DNA of 64,000 nucleotides from Brevundimonas sp. (GTDB lineage Bacteria; Pseudomonadota; Alphaproteobacteria; Caulobacterales; Caulobacteraceae): NCBI GenBank assembly GCA_027531145.1, contig JAPZRF010000002.1, positions 46,291 to 110,290 of the forward strand, read 5' to 3'. Shown piece by piece: positions 41,869 to 53,825 of this stretch (position 1 is its first letter; each line of letters starts with the position of its first letter). The notes under the pieces were generated by a model. It saw only the letters and a program-made list of their open reading frames with translations, ran no database searches and was not told where the DNA came from. The position numbers and the translations under genes were made by a program.

Positions 41869-43302
41869 ATGACCGACACGCCCACGACGGCCACGGGAAC
41901 GAGCGCGCCGAAGCGCCTGTTCATCAAGACCTATGGCTGTCAGATGAACGTCTATGACTCCGAGCGCATGGCCGATGTCCTGCGGCCGCTCGGCTACGCC
42001 CCGACCGACGTGGTCGAGGAGGCGGACTTCGTCATCCTCAACACCTGCCACATCCGCGAGAAGGCGGCCGAGAAGGTCTATTCCGAGCTGGGCAAGCTGC
42101 GTCAGCTCAAGGAGGCGAAGGACGGCGGCCTGACCATCGCCGTGGCCGGCTGCGTCGCCCAGGCCGAGGGCGAGGAGATCATGCGCCGCCAGCCGGCGGT
42201 GGATCTGGTGGTCGGGCCCCAGGCCTATCACCAGCTGCCCGAGCTGCTGACCCGCACCGCCCGCGCCCGCGGCGAGCGCATCGCGGCCGACTTCGCCCCC
42301 GAGGACAAGTTCGACGCCCTGCCCACAGGCCGCGCCGTCGAGGGCGTCACCGCCTTCCTCACGGTGCAGGAGGGCTGCGACAAGTTCTGCACCTTCTGCG
42401 TCGTGCCCTACACCCGCGGTGCCGAGTGGTCGCGGCCGGTCGCGGCGGTGCTGGCCGAGGCCCGCGACCTGGCCGCGCGCGGCGTCCGCGAGATCACCCT
42501 GCTGGGCCAGAACGTCAACGCCTACAACGGCGAGGGCCCGGACGGGCGGCGGTCCAGCCTGGCGCATCTCGCCGCGGCCCTGGCGGAGATCCCCGGCCTC
42601 GACCGCATCCGCTACACTACCAGCCACCCCAACGACTTCAGCGACGATCTCATCGCCGCGCACCGCGACCTGCAGCAGCTGATGCCGTATCTGCACCTGC
42701 CGGTGCAGTCCGGGTCGGATCGCATTCTGCGGCTGATGAACCGCAGGCACGGGCGGCAGGCCTATCTCGACCTGATCGACCGCATCCGCGAGGCGCGGCC
42801 GGACCTGGCCCTGTCCAGCGACTTCATCGTCGGCTTCCCCGGCGAGACTGACCGCGACTTCGAGGACACCCTCGATCTGGTCCGGCGCGTCGGCTACGCC
42901 TCGTCCTTCTCCTTCCTCTATTCGCCGCGCCCCGGCACCCCGGCAGCAACGATGGCCGCGCCCGTCCCGGACGAGGTCGCCCGCTCCCGGCTGCACGCGC
43001 TTCAGGCCCTGCTGACGAACCAGCAGGTGGCCTTCAACGCCGCCCAGGCCGGCAGGACGCTGCCGGTACTGTTCGAGAAGCGCGGCCGTCACAGCCGCCA
43101 GGCCATCGGCCGTTCGCCCTTCCTGCAGTCGGTCCATGTCGACGACGCCGACCACCTGATCGGCCGCATCGTCGAGGTCGAGATCGTCTCCGGCCAGCAG
43201 AACAGCCTGACCGGGCGACTGCCTGTGGCCACAGAAGACGCGATGCCGCCCCTCAGGCAGCGAGCGACCGCGTCCCGAGCGGTAGGGGCGACCCCGGCAT
43301 AA
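41869..43302 (+). CDS. miaB: tRNA methylthiotransferase MiaB
   Basis: [35 protein letters not shown] and TRAM domain. Confidence 0.97.
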   Translation: MTDTPTTATGTSAPKRLFIKTYGCQMNVYDSERMADVLRPLGYAPTDVVEEADFVILNTCHIREKAAEKVYSELGKLRQLKEAKDGGLTIAVAGCVAQAEGEEIMRRQPAVDLVVGPQAYHQLPELLTRTARARGERIAADFAPEDKFDALPTGRAVEGVTAFLTVQEGCDKFCTFCVVPYTRGAEWSRPVAAVLAEARDLAARGVREITLLGQNVNAYNGEGPDGRRSSLAHLAAALAEIPGLDRIRYTTSHPNDFSDDLIAAHRDLQQLMPYLHLPVQSGSDRILRLMNRRHGRQAYLDLIDRIREARPDLALSSDFIVGFPGETDRDFEDTLDLVRRVGYASSFSFLYSPRPGTPAATMAAPVPDEVARSRLHALQALLTNQQVAFNAAQAGRTLPVLFEKRGRHSRQAIGRSPFLQSVHVDDADHLIGRIVEVEIVSGQQNSLTGRLPVATEDAMPPLRQRATASRAVGATPA

Positions 43303-44270
43303 TGGCGCGCAGTTCCGAGTTCCTGCCCCTCGACGACCTCGCCCTGCGGGCCGTGATCGGCCCAGGCAGCCGCCACGTCGCCCTGATCGAGGACGCCTTC
43401 AAGGTGCTGATCGAGGCCCCCGGCGGCGGGGTGGCGATCAACGGCTCGGCCCGCGACCGGGCCCAGGCGCGCCGCGTCATCGAGGACCTGGCGGAGCGCG
43501 CCGGCGGCGGCGGAGACCTGGACGAGGCCGATGTGCGCGCCGCGGTCGCCGCCGCGATCGGCGGTGGCGAGGCCAGGTCCCGCACCGGTGTGGCCCTGCC
43601 GGTCGGCCGGCGCGGTCCGATCGCCCCCAAGACGCCCGCCCAGGCCCGCTATCTCGAGGCCCTCGCCGCGTGCGAGCTGACCTTCGGCGTCGGCCCGGCC
43701 GGCACCGGCAAGACCTTTCTGGCGGCCGCCTGGGGCGCGTCCCTGCTGCGCCGCGGCGAGGTCGACCGGCTGGTCATCACCCGCCCGGCGGTCGAGGCCG
43801 GTGAACGACTCGGCTTCCTGCCCGGCGACCTCAACGAGAAGGTCGATCCCTATCTGGCCCCCATCTGGGAGGCGCTGAACGACATCCTCGGTCCCGACGA
43901 CGTGCGCCGCCGCCGCGACAGGGGCGAGATCGAGGCGGCGCCGATCGCCTTCATGCGTGGTCGCACCCTCAGCCACGCCTTCATCATCGCCGACGAGGCC
44001 CAGAACCTGACCCGGCTGCAGATGAAGATGGTGCTGACCCGCCTCGGCGAGGGGGCCCGTATGGTAGTCACCGGCGACCCCAGCCAGGTCGATCTGCTCA
44101 ACGCCCGCGACTCCGGCCTGGCCCATGCCCTCACCCTGCTCAGGGACGTGAAGGGCGTCGGCATCATGACCTTCGAGGCCCGCGACGTGGTCCGGCACGC
44201 CCTCGTCGAGCGGATCGTGCGCGCCTACGACAGCGACGCCGCCCAAGCCCGCGGCGGGGCCCAGCCATGA
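43302..44270 (+). CDS. phoH: PhoH/YbeZ family ATPase
   Basis: GPAGTGKT, TRPAVEAGERLGFLPGD, FMRGRTL, DEAQN and VVRH.LV. Confidence 0.95.
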   Translation: MARSSEFLPLDDLALRAVIGPGSRHVALIEDAFKVLIEAPGGGVAINGSARDRAQARRVIEDLAERAGGGGDLDEADVRAAVAAAIGGGEARSRTGVALPVGRRGPIAPKTPAQARYLEALAACELTFGVGPAGTGKTFLAAAWGASLLRRGEVDRLVITRPAVEAGERLGFLPGDLNEKVDPYLAPIWEALNDILGPDDVRRRRDRGEIEAAPIAFMRGRTLSHAFIIADEAQNLTRLQMKMVLTRLGEGARMVVTGDPSQVDLLNARDSGLAHALTLLRDVKGVGIMTFEARDVVRHALVERIVRAYDSDAAQARGGAQP

Positions 44271-44752
44271 TCGCCCCCGCCAGCATCGCCGTCGAGATCG
44301 AGGCCGACGCCTGGACAGACGCCCTGCCGGACGTCGAGGCCCTGGTCGGACGAGCCGCAGCCGCGGCCCTGACCGCTGCCGGGGCGAGCGGCGAGGTGGT
44401 GGTGCTGCTGACCGACGATGCCGCCCAGGCTGGGCTCAACGCCCGCTTCCGCCAGCGTGGGGGTTCGACCAATGTCCTGTCCTTCCCGGCCGCCCCGGCC
44501 GTGGTCCCGCCGGGCGCGCCCACGCCGCTCGGCGACCTGTCACTGGCCTTTGGCGTCTGCGTCGCCGAAGCGGAGGCCCAGGGCAAGAGCCTCGCCGACC
44601 ACCTGACCCATCTCGTGGTGCACGGTGTGCTGCACCTGCTGGGCCGCGACCATCTGAACGAGGCCGGGGCCGAGGCCATGGAGGCCGAGGAGCGGACGAT
44701 TCTCGCCGGACTCGGCGTCGCCGACCCCTATGCGGCGGAGCGCGCGGCATGA
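44267..44752 (+). CDS. ybeY: rRNA maturation endoribonuclease YbeY
   Basis: TNVLSFP, LGDL and HGVLHLLGRDH. Confidence 0.93.
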   Translation: MIAPASIAVEIEADAWTDALPDVEALVGRAAAAALTAAGASGEVVVLLTDDAAQAGLNARFRQRGGSTNVLSFPAAPAVVPPGAPTPLGDLSLAFGVCVAEAEAQGKSLADHLTHLVVHGVLHLLGRDHLNEAGAEAMEAEERTILAGLGVADPYAAERAA

Positions 44753-46377
44753 ACGACCACCGACTCCGCCTGCCCACCCCGGCCGCCCTCTCCCGGGGCA
44801 CGGCGGCGCTTGGCTGCGGGGCGCTGGCCGCCCTCGCCCATCCGCCATTCAGCCTCCTGCCGGGCCTGCTGGGCTATGCCGCCCTCGTCCTGCTGGCCGA
44901 CCGCGCCCCCTCCTCCGGCAGCGCCTTCCGCCTCGGCTGGCTGGCCGGATTCAGCTACTTCCTGATCAGCTGCTGGTGGGTGGCCGAGGCCTTCCTGGTC
45001 AATCCGGCCCAGGCCTGGATGGCACCCTTCGCCGCCGCCCTGCTGCCGGCCGGGGTGGCCCTGTTCTGGGCCACGCCCCTCGCCCTCTACCGTCGGCTCG
45101 CCCCGGCTGGCCTCGGCCGGGTGCTGGTCTTCCCGGGCCTGTTCGTCCTGTTCGAGTGGCTGCGCGGCCATGTCCTGACCGGCTTCCCGTGGAATCCCGT
45201 CGGCGCGACCTGGGCCGCCGGCTCGCCCATGTCCCAGACCGCGGCCGTGGTCGGGGTCTATGGCCTGTCGCTCGTCACCCTGATCGGCCTGCACGCCCCG
45301 CTTGCCCTGCTGCGGCCGGGGCCGCGCAAGGCTCGCGCCGGGATCGCCCTGGCCGGCGTCGCCCTGCTAGCGGGCCTGTGGCTGGCGGGTGCCTGGCGGC
45401 TCAACCACGCCGTGGTCCAGCCCGGCGAGACTCTGCTGCGCATCGTCCAGGCCGACGTCCGGCAGGAGACCAAATGGACGCCCGAGGCCTATGAGGGCAT
45501 CGTCCGGCGCTACATCAACCTGACCGCCCGGCCCGGGACCGCCACCCCCGATGTGGTGATCTGGCCCGAGGGCTCGCTACCGGCGCTGGCCAACGACGTG
45601 TTCGCCCCGGGTGCCCCGGAGGCCGAGGCCATGGCCCGCGCCCTGCAGCCGGGCCAGACCCTGCTGCTCGGCCTCGGCCGCGGGGCCGCAGGCCCCGACG
45701 GCCAGATGCGCTACCATAACGCCCTGTTCGCCCTGCAGGACGAAGGCGCGGATGGCCTGCGCATCGCCGCCGTCTACGACAAGTACCGGCTGGTGCCGTT
45801 CGGCGAGTACCTGCCGCTGGGCGATCTGATGAGCCGGCTGGGCGTGCGCAGCCTGGTGCATGTCCCGGCCGACTTCACCCCCGGTCCGCGCCCGGCCCCG
45901 ATCACCGTTCCCGGCGTCGCGCCGGTGCAGCCGCTGATCTGCTACGAGAGCCTCTATCCCGGCTTTACCCCGGGCGGCGGAGCCCGGCCGGCCTGGATCG
46001 TCAATGTCTCCAACGACGCCTGGTTCGGCCGCTCCTCGGGGCCGCTGCAGCACCTTAACCTCGCCAGCTTCCGGGCCATCGAGACCGGCTTGCCGATCGT
46101 CCGGTCCACGCCCACCGGCGTGTCGGCGGTGATCGACCCCTGGGGCCGGGTGGTTCCGGGTGCCCGCCTCGATTCCGGCGAGAGCGGGGTGATCGACGCC
46201 CGTCTGCCCCTGCCGGCCGCAGCCACCCCCTTCAGCCGCTTCGGCGACTGGCTGTGGCTGCCCCTGCTGCTGGCAGCTCTGGCCCCTCTCGCGACCGGGG
46301 AGCCGGGCCGCGCCGCCCGCCAGCGCCTGCGGTCTGTGGCCGCGCGAGGACGGCGTCGCGCCCCGCCGGTGGTCTGA
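44749..46377 (+). CDS. lnt: Apolipoprotein N-acyltransferase
   Basis: GFPWN, IWPEG, YDKYRLVPFGEY, ICYE, SNDAWFG and RAIETG. Confidence 0.95.
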   Translation: MNDHRLRLPTPAALSRGTAALGCGALAALAHPPFSLLPGLLGYAALVLLADRAPSSGSAFRLGWLAGFSYFLISCWWVAEAFLVNPAQAWMAPFAAALLPAGVALFWATPLALYRRLAPAGLGRVLVFPGLFVLFEWLRGHVLTGFPWNPVGATWAAGSPMSQTAAVVGVYGLSLVTLIGLHAPLALLRPGPRKARAGIALAGVALLAGLWLAGAWRLNHAVVQPGETLLRIVQADVRQETKWTPEAYEGIVRRYINLTARPGTATPDVVIWPEGSLPALANDVFAPGAPEAEAMARALQPGQTLLLGLGRGAAGPDGQMRYHNALFALQDEGADGLRIAAVYDKYRLVPFGEYLPLGDLMSRLGVRSLVHVPADFTPGPRPAPITVPGVAPVQPLICYESLYPGFTPGGGARPAWIVNVSNDAWFGRSSGPLQHLNLASFRAIETGLPIVRSTPTGVSAVIDPWGRVVPGARLDSGESGVIDARLPLPAAATPFSRFGDWLWLPLLLAALAPLATGEPGRAARQRLRSVAARGRRRAPPVV

Positions 46378-46537
46378 TCCCCGACACGCGCGCGACATAG
46401 GGGATACCCCGTAGTTGCAGCACGCCGAGACGAAGGCGTAAGCGGGGTCATGCCCCAAGGATAACCGGGGTACCCGGACGACTGTCGCCTTCGGCGGCGG
46501 GGACAAGGGCCGGGGACGCAAAACCCAGGAGGACCCC

Positions 46538-46939
46538 ATGGCGAGATCCGAGGACGATGGCCCTCACCCGGTGGACCGGCACGTCGGCAGGCGCGTCGCC
46601 GAGAAACGCATCGCGCTCGGCTACAACCAGACTGACCTGGGCCGGGCCCTCGGCGTCACCTTCCAGCAGGTGCAGAAGTACGAGAAGGGCTCGAACCGCA
46701 TCTCGGCGTCCAAGCTATGGCAGGTAGCCCAGTTCTTCCGGGTCGGTCCGGGCTATTTCTTCGAGGGCCTGGCCGACACGCGGGCCGGGCTCGCCGAGGG
46801 CGAGGGCAACGCCTATGCCCACGACTATCCCTCGACCCGGCACACCATCGAGATCGGTCGGCTGGCCCCGCGCCTGTCGACGGCGCGCCAGCGTCTCGTC
46901 GCCGAGATGGTGCGCGAGTTGACCGATACCCCGGAGTAG
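46538..46939 (+). CDS. XRE family HTH regulator
   Basis: PHPVDRHVG, GVTFQQVQKYEKGSNRISASKL; AGGAGG RBS. Confidence 0.92.
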   Translation: MARSEDDGPHPVDRHVGRRVAEKRIALGYNQTDLGRALGVTFQQVQKYEKGSNRISASKLWQVAQFFRVGPGYFFEGLADTRAGLAEGEGNAYAHDYPSTRHTIEIGRLAPRLSTARQRLVAEMVRELTDTPE

Positions 46940-47004
46940 GGGGTCTGGTAGAGACCCCGACAGACCCGAAGAGACATCGCGTCTGACTTCAGAGGGTCGC
47001 CACC

Positions 47005-47135
47005 CTCGGGCCGGTGCCGGGGGTCCGTCGATCCGCCCGGCGCGAGCACCGGATGTTTCTGGCGGAACGTGAAAGCCGCGCGCGACCGCGCGTGGGCCCG
47101 CCATGGACCCTCTGGACAAGCCAGAGGGTGACGGA
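47005..47135. repeat. Pair of CGTC-type REP hairpins in inverted arrangement
   Basis: GTCGCCACCCTCGGGCCGGTGCCGGGGGTCC near 47006 and ATGGACCCTCTGGACAAGCCAGAGGGTGACGG near 47103. Confidence 0.6.
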
Positions 47136-47227
47136 TCTGCAGAGCCTGATCGGTTGAGGTGGAATCGCCTCGCGGTCCCTCCGGGGCCGTGAACCAGGCT
47201 CTCGCTTGAGACCGGACCGATTTCGGT

Positions 47228-47764
47228 CTAGGCCCCCCCGGGCCCGTCCGACGCTCCGCCCTGGCCGAAGGTCGGGGCGCGGGCCTTTTGCTCGGCCCAG
47301 TATGCCGGTCCGTCGTCGGGCTTGAACATGGTGCGCGGCACCCCCTCGACGTCGACCACCGCGAAGGTGTTGGTCGAGGCCTGGTACAGCAGCACGTCGC
47401 CGTTAGGCCGGGTCACCCGCTCGACATCCGCCGGCGGCCGGCGGGTGAAGGCTTCTACCTGCGCCAGATAGGCCTCCGGCGTCGCCGCCCCGAACGCCGC
47501 GCCGTTGCGCTCGAACAGCCGGCGGGTCTTCTCGTCCACCGTCTCGCGCCGGTTGGCGGTCAGGACCGCCGCCGCCGTCCCCTCCGCCGACGGGCCGGCC
47601 GGGGTCGCTGCCGCCGCATCGACCCCCGCCGCGACCGCCTCGGCCGCTTCGCGCGGCCGGGTCTCCACCGCGGAGGGGGCGGCGTCACAGCCCGCCGTCA
47701 TCCCCAGCGCCGCGACACAGGCTGTCGCCGCCAGACGCCTCAAGGTTCCCGTCCCATACTTCAT
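47228..47764 (-). CDS. Predicted lipoprotein with a C-terminal toxin-RNase-like (pyocin S/Rhs/CdiA-CT-like) domain
   Basis: Signal with MTAG-C, Ala-rich linker, then LFERNG..FGA.T.E.YL...F...R.NGD...Y...TNTF.V....G..RTMFKP..G..YW..Q; RBS GAGGGAGG. Confidence 0.7.
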   Translation of the reverse strand: MKYGTGTLRRLAATACVAALGMTAGCDAAPSAVETRPREAAEAVAAGVDAAAATPAGPSAEGTAAAVLTANRRETVDEKTRRLFERNGAAFGAATPEAYLAQVEAFTRRPPADVERVTRPNGDVLLYQASTNTFAVVDVEGVPRTMFKPDDGPAYWAEQKARAPTFGQGGASDGPGGA

Positions 47765-47810
47765 GCCCGGCCTCCCTCTTCAACCTGCACGATCCTGCCA
47801 CACTCCGAAT

Positions 47811-47825
47811 GTTCGCGCAATGTTC
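47811..47825. promoter_or_regulatory. LexA (SOS) box GTTC-GCGCAAT-GTTC
   Basis: Perfect alphaproteobacterial GTTC-N7-GTTC; overlaps the minus-strand -35 TTGCGC (47820-47815), which lies 17 nt from CAGGAT (47797-47792). Confidence 0.75.
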
Positions 47826-47891
47826 CATCTCGCTGTCCGGTCAGACGGCCCGCCGCTCGACGGCGCTGGCGCGGCCCGCTAGATCGGAGGC

Positions 47892-49118
47892 ATGGACATG
47901 GGCCTGACCGGACGCCGCCTGCTGCTCGTCATCGGCGGGGGCATAGCCGCCTACAAGACGCTGGAGCTGATCCGCCTGCTGCACCGGGCCGGGGCGGAGA
48001 CGCGCGTCATTCTGACCGAGGCCGGATCGCGCTTCGTCACCCCCCTGTCGCTCGCCGCCCTGACCGGCCACCCGCCCCGCATCGGCCTGTTCCAGCCGGA
48101 CGAGGAGACCGCCATGGGCCACATCGAGCTGTCGCGCTGGGCCGATCTGGTGGTGGTCGCCCCGGCCACCGCCGGCCTGATCGCCAAGGCCGCCCGGGGT
48201 CTTGCCGACGACCTCGCCTCGACCACCCTGATCGCCACCGACAAGCGCGTCCTGATGGCCCCGGCCATGAATGTGCGCATGTGGCTGCACCCGGCGGTGC
48301 AGGCCAATGTCGCCCGGCTGGCGACCTTCCCCGGCCCCGGTGTGGCCTTCGTCGGCCCGGACGAGGGCGACATGGCCTGCGGCGAGTTCGGCCCCGGCCG
48401 CATGGCCGAGCCGCCGGCCATCCTCGACGCCATCGCCGCCGAGCTGGCCGGCCCGGCCGCCCGGCTGCTCGCCGGCCGCCGCGCCCTGGTCACCGCCGGC
48501 CCGACCTTCGAGCCGATCGATCCGGTGCGCGGCCTGACCAACCGCTCCTCGGGCAAGCAGGGCTACGCCATCGCCGCCGCCCTCGCCCGGCGTGGGGCCG
48601 AGGTGACGCTGGTGTCCGGCCCGGTGGCGCTCGATGCCCCGCCTGGCGTCGCCCGGGTCTGGGTCGAGACGGCGCTGCAGATGCAGGCCGCCTGCCAGGC
48701 CGCCCTGCCCGCCGACGTCGCCGTCATGACCGCCGCCGTCGCCGACTGGCGCCCTGACCAGGTCGCCACCGGCAAGATCAAGAAGGCCCCGGGCGGCCCG
48801 CCGTCCCTGGCCCTGACCGAGAACCCCGACATCCTCGCCGGCCTGTCTGCCGCCGGCCCGCGCCGCCCCGGCCTCGTGGTCGGGTTCGCCGCCGAGACCG
48901 AAGACTTGATCGGGAACGCCCGGCGCAAGCTCAGCCGCAAGGGCTGCGACTGGATCGTCGCCAATGATGTCAGCGCCGATGTGTTCGGGGCCGACGGCAA
49001 CGCCGCCACCCTGATCACCGCCGCCGGCGAGGAGAGCTGGCCGCGCCAGTCGAAGACCGCCCTCGCCGGGACCCTCGCTGACCGCATCGCCCGCCACTTC
49101 ACCGGAACGCCTGAATGA
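47892..49118 (+). CDS. coaBC: Bifunctional PPC decarboxylase/synthetase
   Basis: [34 protein letters not shown] and VGFAAET. Confidence 0.96.
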   Translation: MDMGLTGRRLLLVIGGGIAAYKTLELIRLLHRAGAETRVILTEAGSRFVTPLSLAALTGHPPRIGLFQPDEETAMGHIELSRWADLVVVAPATAGLIAKAARGLADDLASTTLIATDKRVLMAPAMNVRMWLHPAVQANVARLATFPGPGVAFVGPDEGDMACGEFGPGRMAEPPAILDAIAAELAGPAARLLAGRRALVTAGPTFEPIDPVRGLTNRSSGKQGYAIAAALARRGAEVTLVSGPVALDAPPGVARVWVETALQMQAACQAALPADVAVMTAAVADWRPDQVATGKIKKAPGGPPSLALTENPDILAGLSAAGPRRPGLVVGFAAETEDLIGNARRKLSRKGCDWIVANDVSADVFGADGNAATLITAAGEESWPRQSKTALAGTLADRIARHFTGTPE

Positions 49119-49564
49119 TCGCCGTCCGCCTGCAGCGCCTGCCCCATGGCACCGACCTGCCGCTGCCGGCCTATGAGACCGCCGGCTCGGCGGGCATGGA
49201 CCTGCGCGCGGCGGTGCCGGAGGACGCCCCGGTGACCCTCGCGCCCGGGGGCCGCGCCCTGGTGCCGACCGGGCTGAAGATCGCCCTGCCCCCCGGCCAC
49301 GAGGCCCAGGTGCGGCCGCGCTCGGGCCTCGCGCTCAGGCACGGCGTCACCTGCCTCAACAGCCCCGGCACCATCGACGCCGACTATCGCGGCGAGGTCG
49401 GAGTGATCCTGATCAACCATGGATCGGACCCGTTCGTGGTCCGGCGCGGCGAGCGCATCGCCCAGATGGTGGTGGCTCCAGTACTGCAGGTCGCCCTGGT
49501 CGAGGCCGAGGCGCTGGACGAGACTGCCCGCGGCGCCGGCGGCTTCGGCTCGACGGGCCGCTGA
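49115..49564 (+). CDS. dut: dUTP diphosphatase
   Basis: [28 protein letters not shown] and [10 protein letters not shown]. Confidence 0.97.
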   Translation: MIAVRLQRLPHGTDLPLPAYETAGSAGMDLRAAVPEDAPVTLAPGGRALVPTGLKIALPPGHEAQVRPRSGLALRHGVTCLNSPGTIDADYRGEVGVILINHGSDPFVVRRGERIAQMVVAPVLQVALVEAEALDETARGAGGFGSTGR

Positions 49565-49586
49565 GCCTGGGGTCCTGCACCGGGGT

Positions 49587-50333
49587 TCAGGCCTGGCGGA
49601 AGCCCAGCACGTCCTGCATGTCGTAGAGACCCGGGTGGCGGTTGCGCACCCAGGCGGCGGCGACCACGGCGCCCTTGGCGAACAGCGACCGGTCGATGGC
49701 GCTGTGCGACAGGGTCAGCACCTCATCGTCAGAGGCGAACATCACCGTATGCTCGCCGACTATGCCGCCGGCGCGGACGGCCGAAAAGCCGATCGAGCCG
49801 GTCGCCCGCTCCGCCAACCCCTCGCGGGCCGGGGTGCGCAGGGTGGCCAGATCCTCGCCGCGCCCAGCGGCGGCGGCCTCGCCCAGCATAAGGGCCGTGC
49901 CGGAGGGGGCGTCGACCTTGCGCCGGTGGTGGGCCTCCTGGATCTCGATGTCCCAGGCCTCGGCCGGCAGCCGCTGGGCGGCGTTCTCGACCAGGCCGAT
50001 CAGGATGTTGACGCCCAGGGAGAAGTTGCCGCTCCGCACGATCGCCACCCGGGTCGCCGCCGCCTCGATGGTCGCCTCCTGGGTCGCGTCGAAGCCGGTC
50101 GAGCCGATCACCAGCGCCGGGCCGCCGCGCCCGGCGCAGGCTGCAGCCAGCTCGGCCGAGGCTTCCGGCGTCGTGAAGTCGATCACCACATCGCAAAGGG
50201 CCAGGTCGGGCTGGTCGCCGCGGTCGAAGCGGGCCGCCACAACCACGTCGCCGCGGGCGTCCAGAACCTGGCTGAGGGCGCGGCCCATGCGTCCGCGGGC
50301 ACCGGAAATGCCGACATGAAACAGGCCGGTCAC
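49587..50333 (-). CDS. dapB: 4-hydroxy-tetrahydrodipicolinate reductase
   Basis: GARGRMG, IDFT, GSTG, NFSLG and EAHHRRKVDAPSGTA; GTG start overlaps the dnaJ stop. Confidence 0.95.
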   Translation of the reverse strand: MTGLFHVGISGARGRMGRALSQVLDARGDVVVAARFDRGDQPDLALCDVVIDFTTPEASAELAAACAGRGGPALVIGSTGFDATQEATIEAAATRVAIVRSGNFSLGVNILIGLVENAAQRLPAEAWDIEIQEAHHRRKVDAPSGTALMLGEAAAAGRGEDLATLRTPAREGLAERATGSIGFSAVRAGGIVGEHTVMFASDDEVLTLSHSAIDRSLFAKGAVVAAAWVRNRHPGLYDMQDVLGFRQA

Positions 50334-51514
50334 GCGACAGTGTCTTTCGAGGCGTCGTCGCCGCCCATGATCTCGGCCCAGAAGCGCTTGGCCTTGCCGG
50401 CGAAGCTGGTGTTTCGGGGACTCTGGGCCTCGCCGCAGGTCTCGGCAAGCTCCCGCAGCAGCTCCTTCTGCCGGGCGCTCAGGCTGGTCGGGGTCTCGAC
50501 AAACAGCTCGACGACAAGATCGCCGCGCTGGCGGCCGCTCAGGTGCGGCATGCCCTTGCCCTTGATGCGCACGGTACGGCCGGTCTGGGCCCCTTCCGGC
50601 ACCTGCACCTCGGCGCGGCACTGGCCGTCGCAGGCCTCGGACACCAGGCAGGGTGCCTCGATCGTCCCGCCCAGCGCCGCCGTGGTCATCGGCACCGGCA
50701 CCGTCACCAGCAGGTCAAGGTTATCGCGCTCGAACAGCTCATGTGGCCGCACTGCGACGAACACATAGAGGTCGCCACGCGGGCCGCCGCGCACCCCGGC
50801 GTCGCCCTCGCCCGACAGGCGGATGCGCGAGCCATCATCGACCCCGGCCGGCACCTTCAGGGCCAGCTTGCGCGTCTTGCGCACCTGGCCGTGGCCGTGA
50901 CAGGCCTCGCAAGGGTCGGCGATCATCTGCCCGGCCCCACCGCAGCGGGGACAGGTGCGCTCGACCTGGAAGAAGCCGTTGGCGCTGCGCACCCGGCCGG
51001 CCCCGCCGCAGGTGGAGCAGGTCACCGGCCGGGTACCAGCCCTGGCTCCCGAACCGTCGCAGACGTCGCAGGCGGCCGTGACCGGGAAGTTGATCTCCAC
51101 CTCGTCGCCGCGGTAGGCTTGTTCCAGCGTGACCTCAAGGTCGTAGCGCAGGTCCGAGCCGCGCCGCGGCCCGCTGCGGGTCTGGCCGCGCGCACCGCCG
51201 AACACGTCGCCGAAGGCGTCGCCGAACACCTGGGAGAAGATGTCGTTGATGTCGTGGAATGCCGCGCCCCCTCCGCCCGGTCCGCCGCCGCCGACCCCGG
51301 CGTGGCCGAAGCGGTCGTAGGCGGCGCGCTTCTGGGCGTCCGACAATACCGAATAGGCTTCGGAGATCTCCCTGAACCGCGCCATCGACTCCTCGGAGCC
51401 GCCGTTGCGGTCCGGGTGATGCTGCATCGCCAGCTTGCGATAGGCGGACTTCAGTTCGGCCTCGTCGACCGAGCGATCGACGCCCAGGATCTCATAATAG
51501 TCTCGCTGCGCCAT
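50330..51514 (-). CDS. dnaJ: Chaperone DnaJ
   Basis: J domain with HPD, G/F region and four CxxCxGxG repeats. Confidence 0.97.
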   Translation of the reverse strand: MAQRDYYEILGVDRSVDEAELKSAYRKLAMQHHPDRNGGSEESMARFREISEAYSVLSDAQKRAAYDRFGHAGVGGGGPGGGGAAFHDINDIFSQVFGDAFGDVFGGARGQTRSGPRRGSDLRYDLEVTLEQAYRGDEVEINFPVTAACDVCDGSGARAGTRPVTCSTCGGAGRVRSANGFFQVERTCPRCGGAGQMIADPCEACHGHGQVRKTRKLALKVPAGVDDGSRIRLSGEGDAGVRGGPRGDLYVFVAVRPHELFERDNLDLLVTVPVPMTTAALGGTIEAPCLVSEACDGQCRAEVQVPEGAQTGRTVRIKGKGMPHLSGRQRGDLVVELFVETPTSLSARQKELLRELAETCGEAQSPRNTSFAGKAKRFWAEIMGGDDASKDTVA

Positions 51515-51584
51515 CGGGTGTTACGACCTCATGACCCCCACCCGCGCGCCCCGCCCTAACGTCGCGGGACATGCGACGCCCCTC

Positions 51585-51612
51585 ACATGGGGCCCGCAGG
51601 CGGGGATGCAAG
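51585..51612 (-). promoter_or_regulatory. Sigma32 promoter for dnaJ
   Basis: Minus strand CTTGCA-N14-CCCCATGT. Confidence 0.7.
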
Positions 51613-51671
51613 AATGGTGACAGGGGGCGGGCCCCTTCGCCCCGCAGCACGCGAGGGCAGGGGCCGCCGGT

Positions 51672-53576
<1,905 letters not shown>

Positions 53577-53762
53577 GGCGGGCTTTCCGTCTCCTTGCGG
53601 CGGGCGATGCGGCGGCCTCCTGATCCGAGCGCCGCGCCTGATCGCCCCCATGTTGAAAATACAGCGCCGCGCCTTGGGGATCGCCGGAAACCGGCGGACG
53701 CGACAGGGGTTGTTGTGGTCGTTCCGGCCTCGCAGCTGCGACACCGAGACGCTTGGCCCCGC

Positions 53763-53790
53763 ATATGGGGAAGGCCACATGGCCCGCAAG
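53763..53790 (-). promoter_or_regulatory. Sigma32 promoter for dnaK
   Basis: Minus strand CTTGCG-N14-CCCCATAT. Confidence 0.8.
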
Positions 53791-53825
53791 GGCTCGCAAG
53801 GGTTTGCACGACCGGGAGCATGGCG

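Noticed and set aside
46378-46537. SAM riboswitch, considered because metK often follows this XRE
   Set aside because: No SAM-II/alpha consensus is visible and metK is absent.
47064-47076. parS-like ACGTGAAA
   Set aside because: Only half of TGTTTCACGTGAAACA matches.
53577-53762. CIRCE element upstream of dnaK
   Set aside because: No TTAGCACTC-N9-GAGTGCTAA is present.
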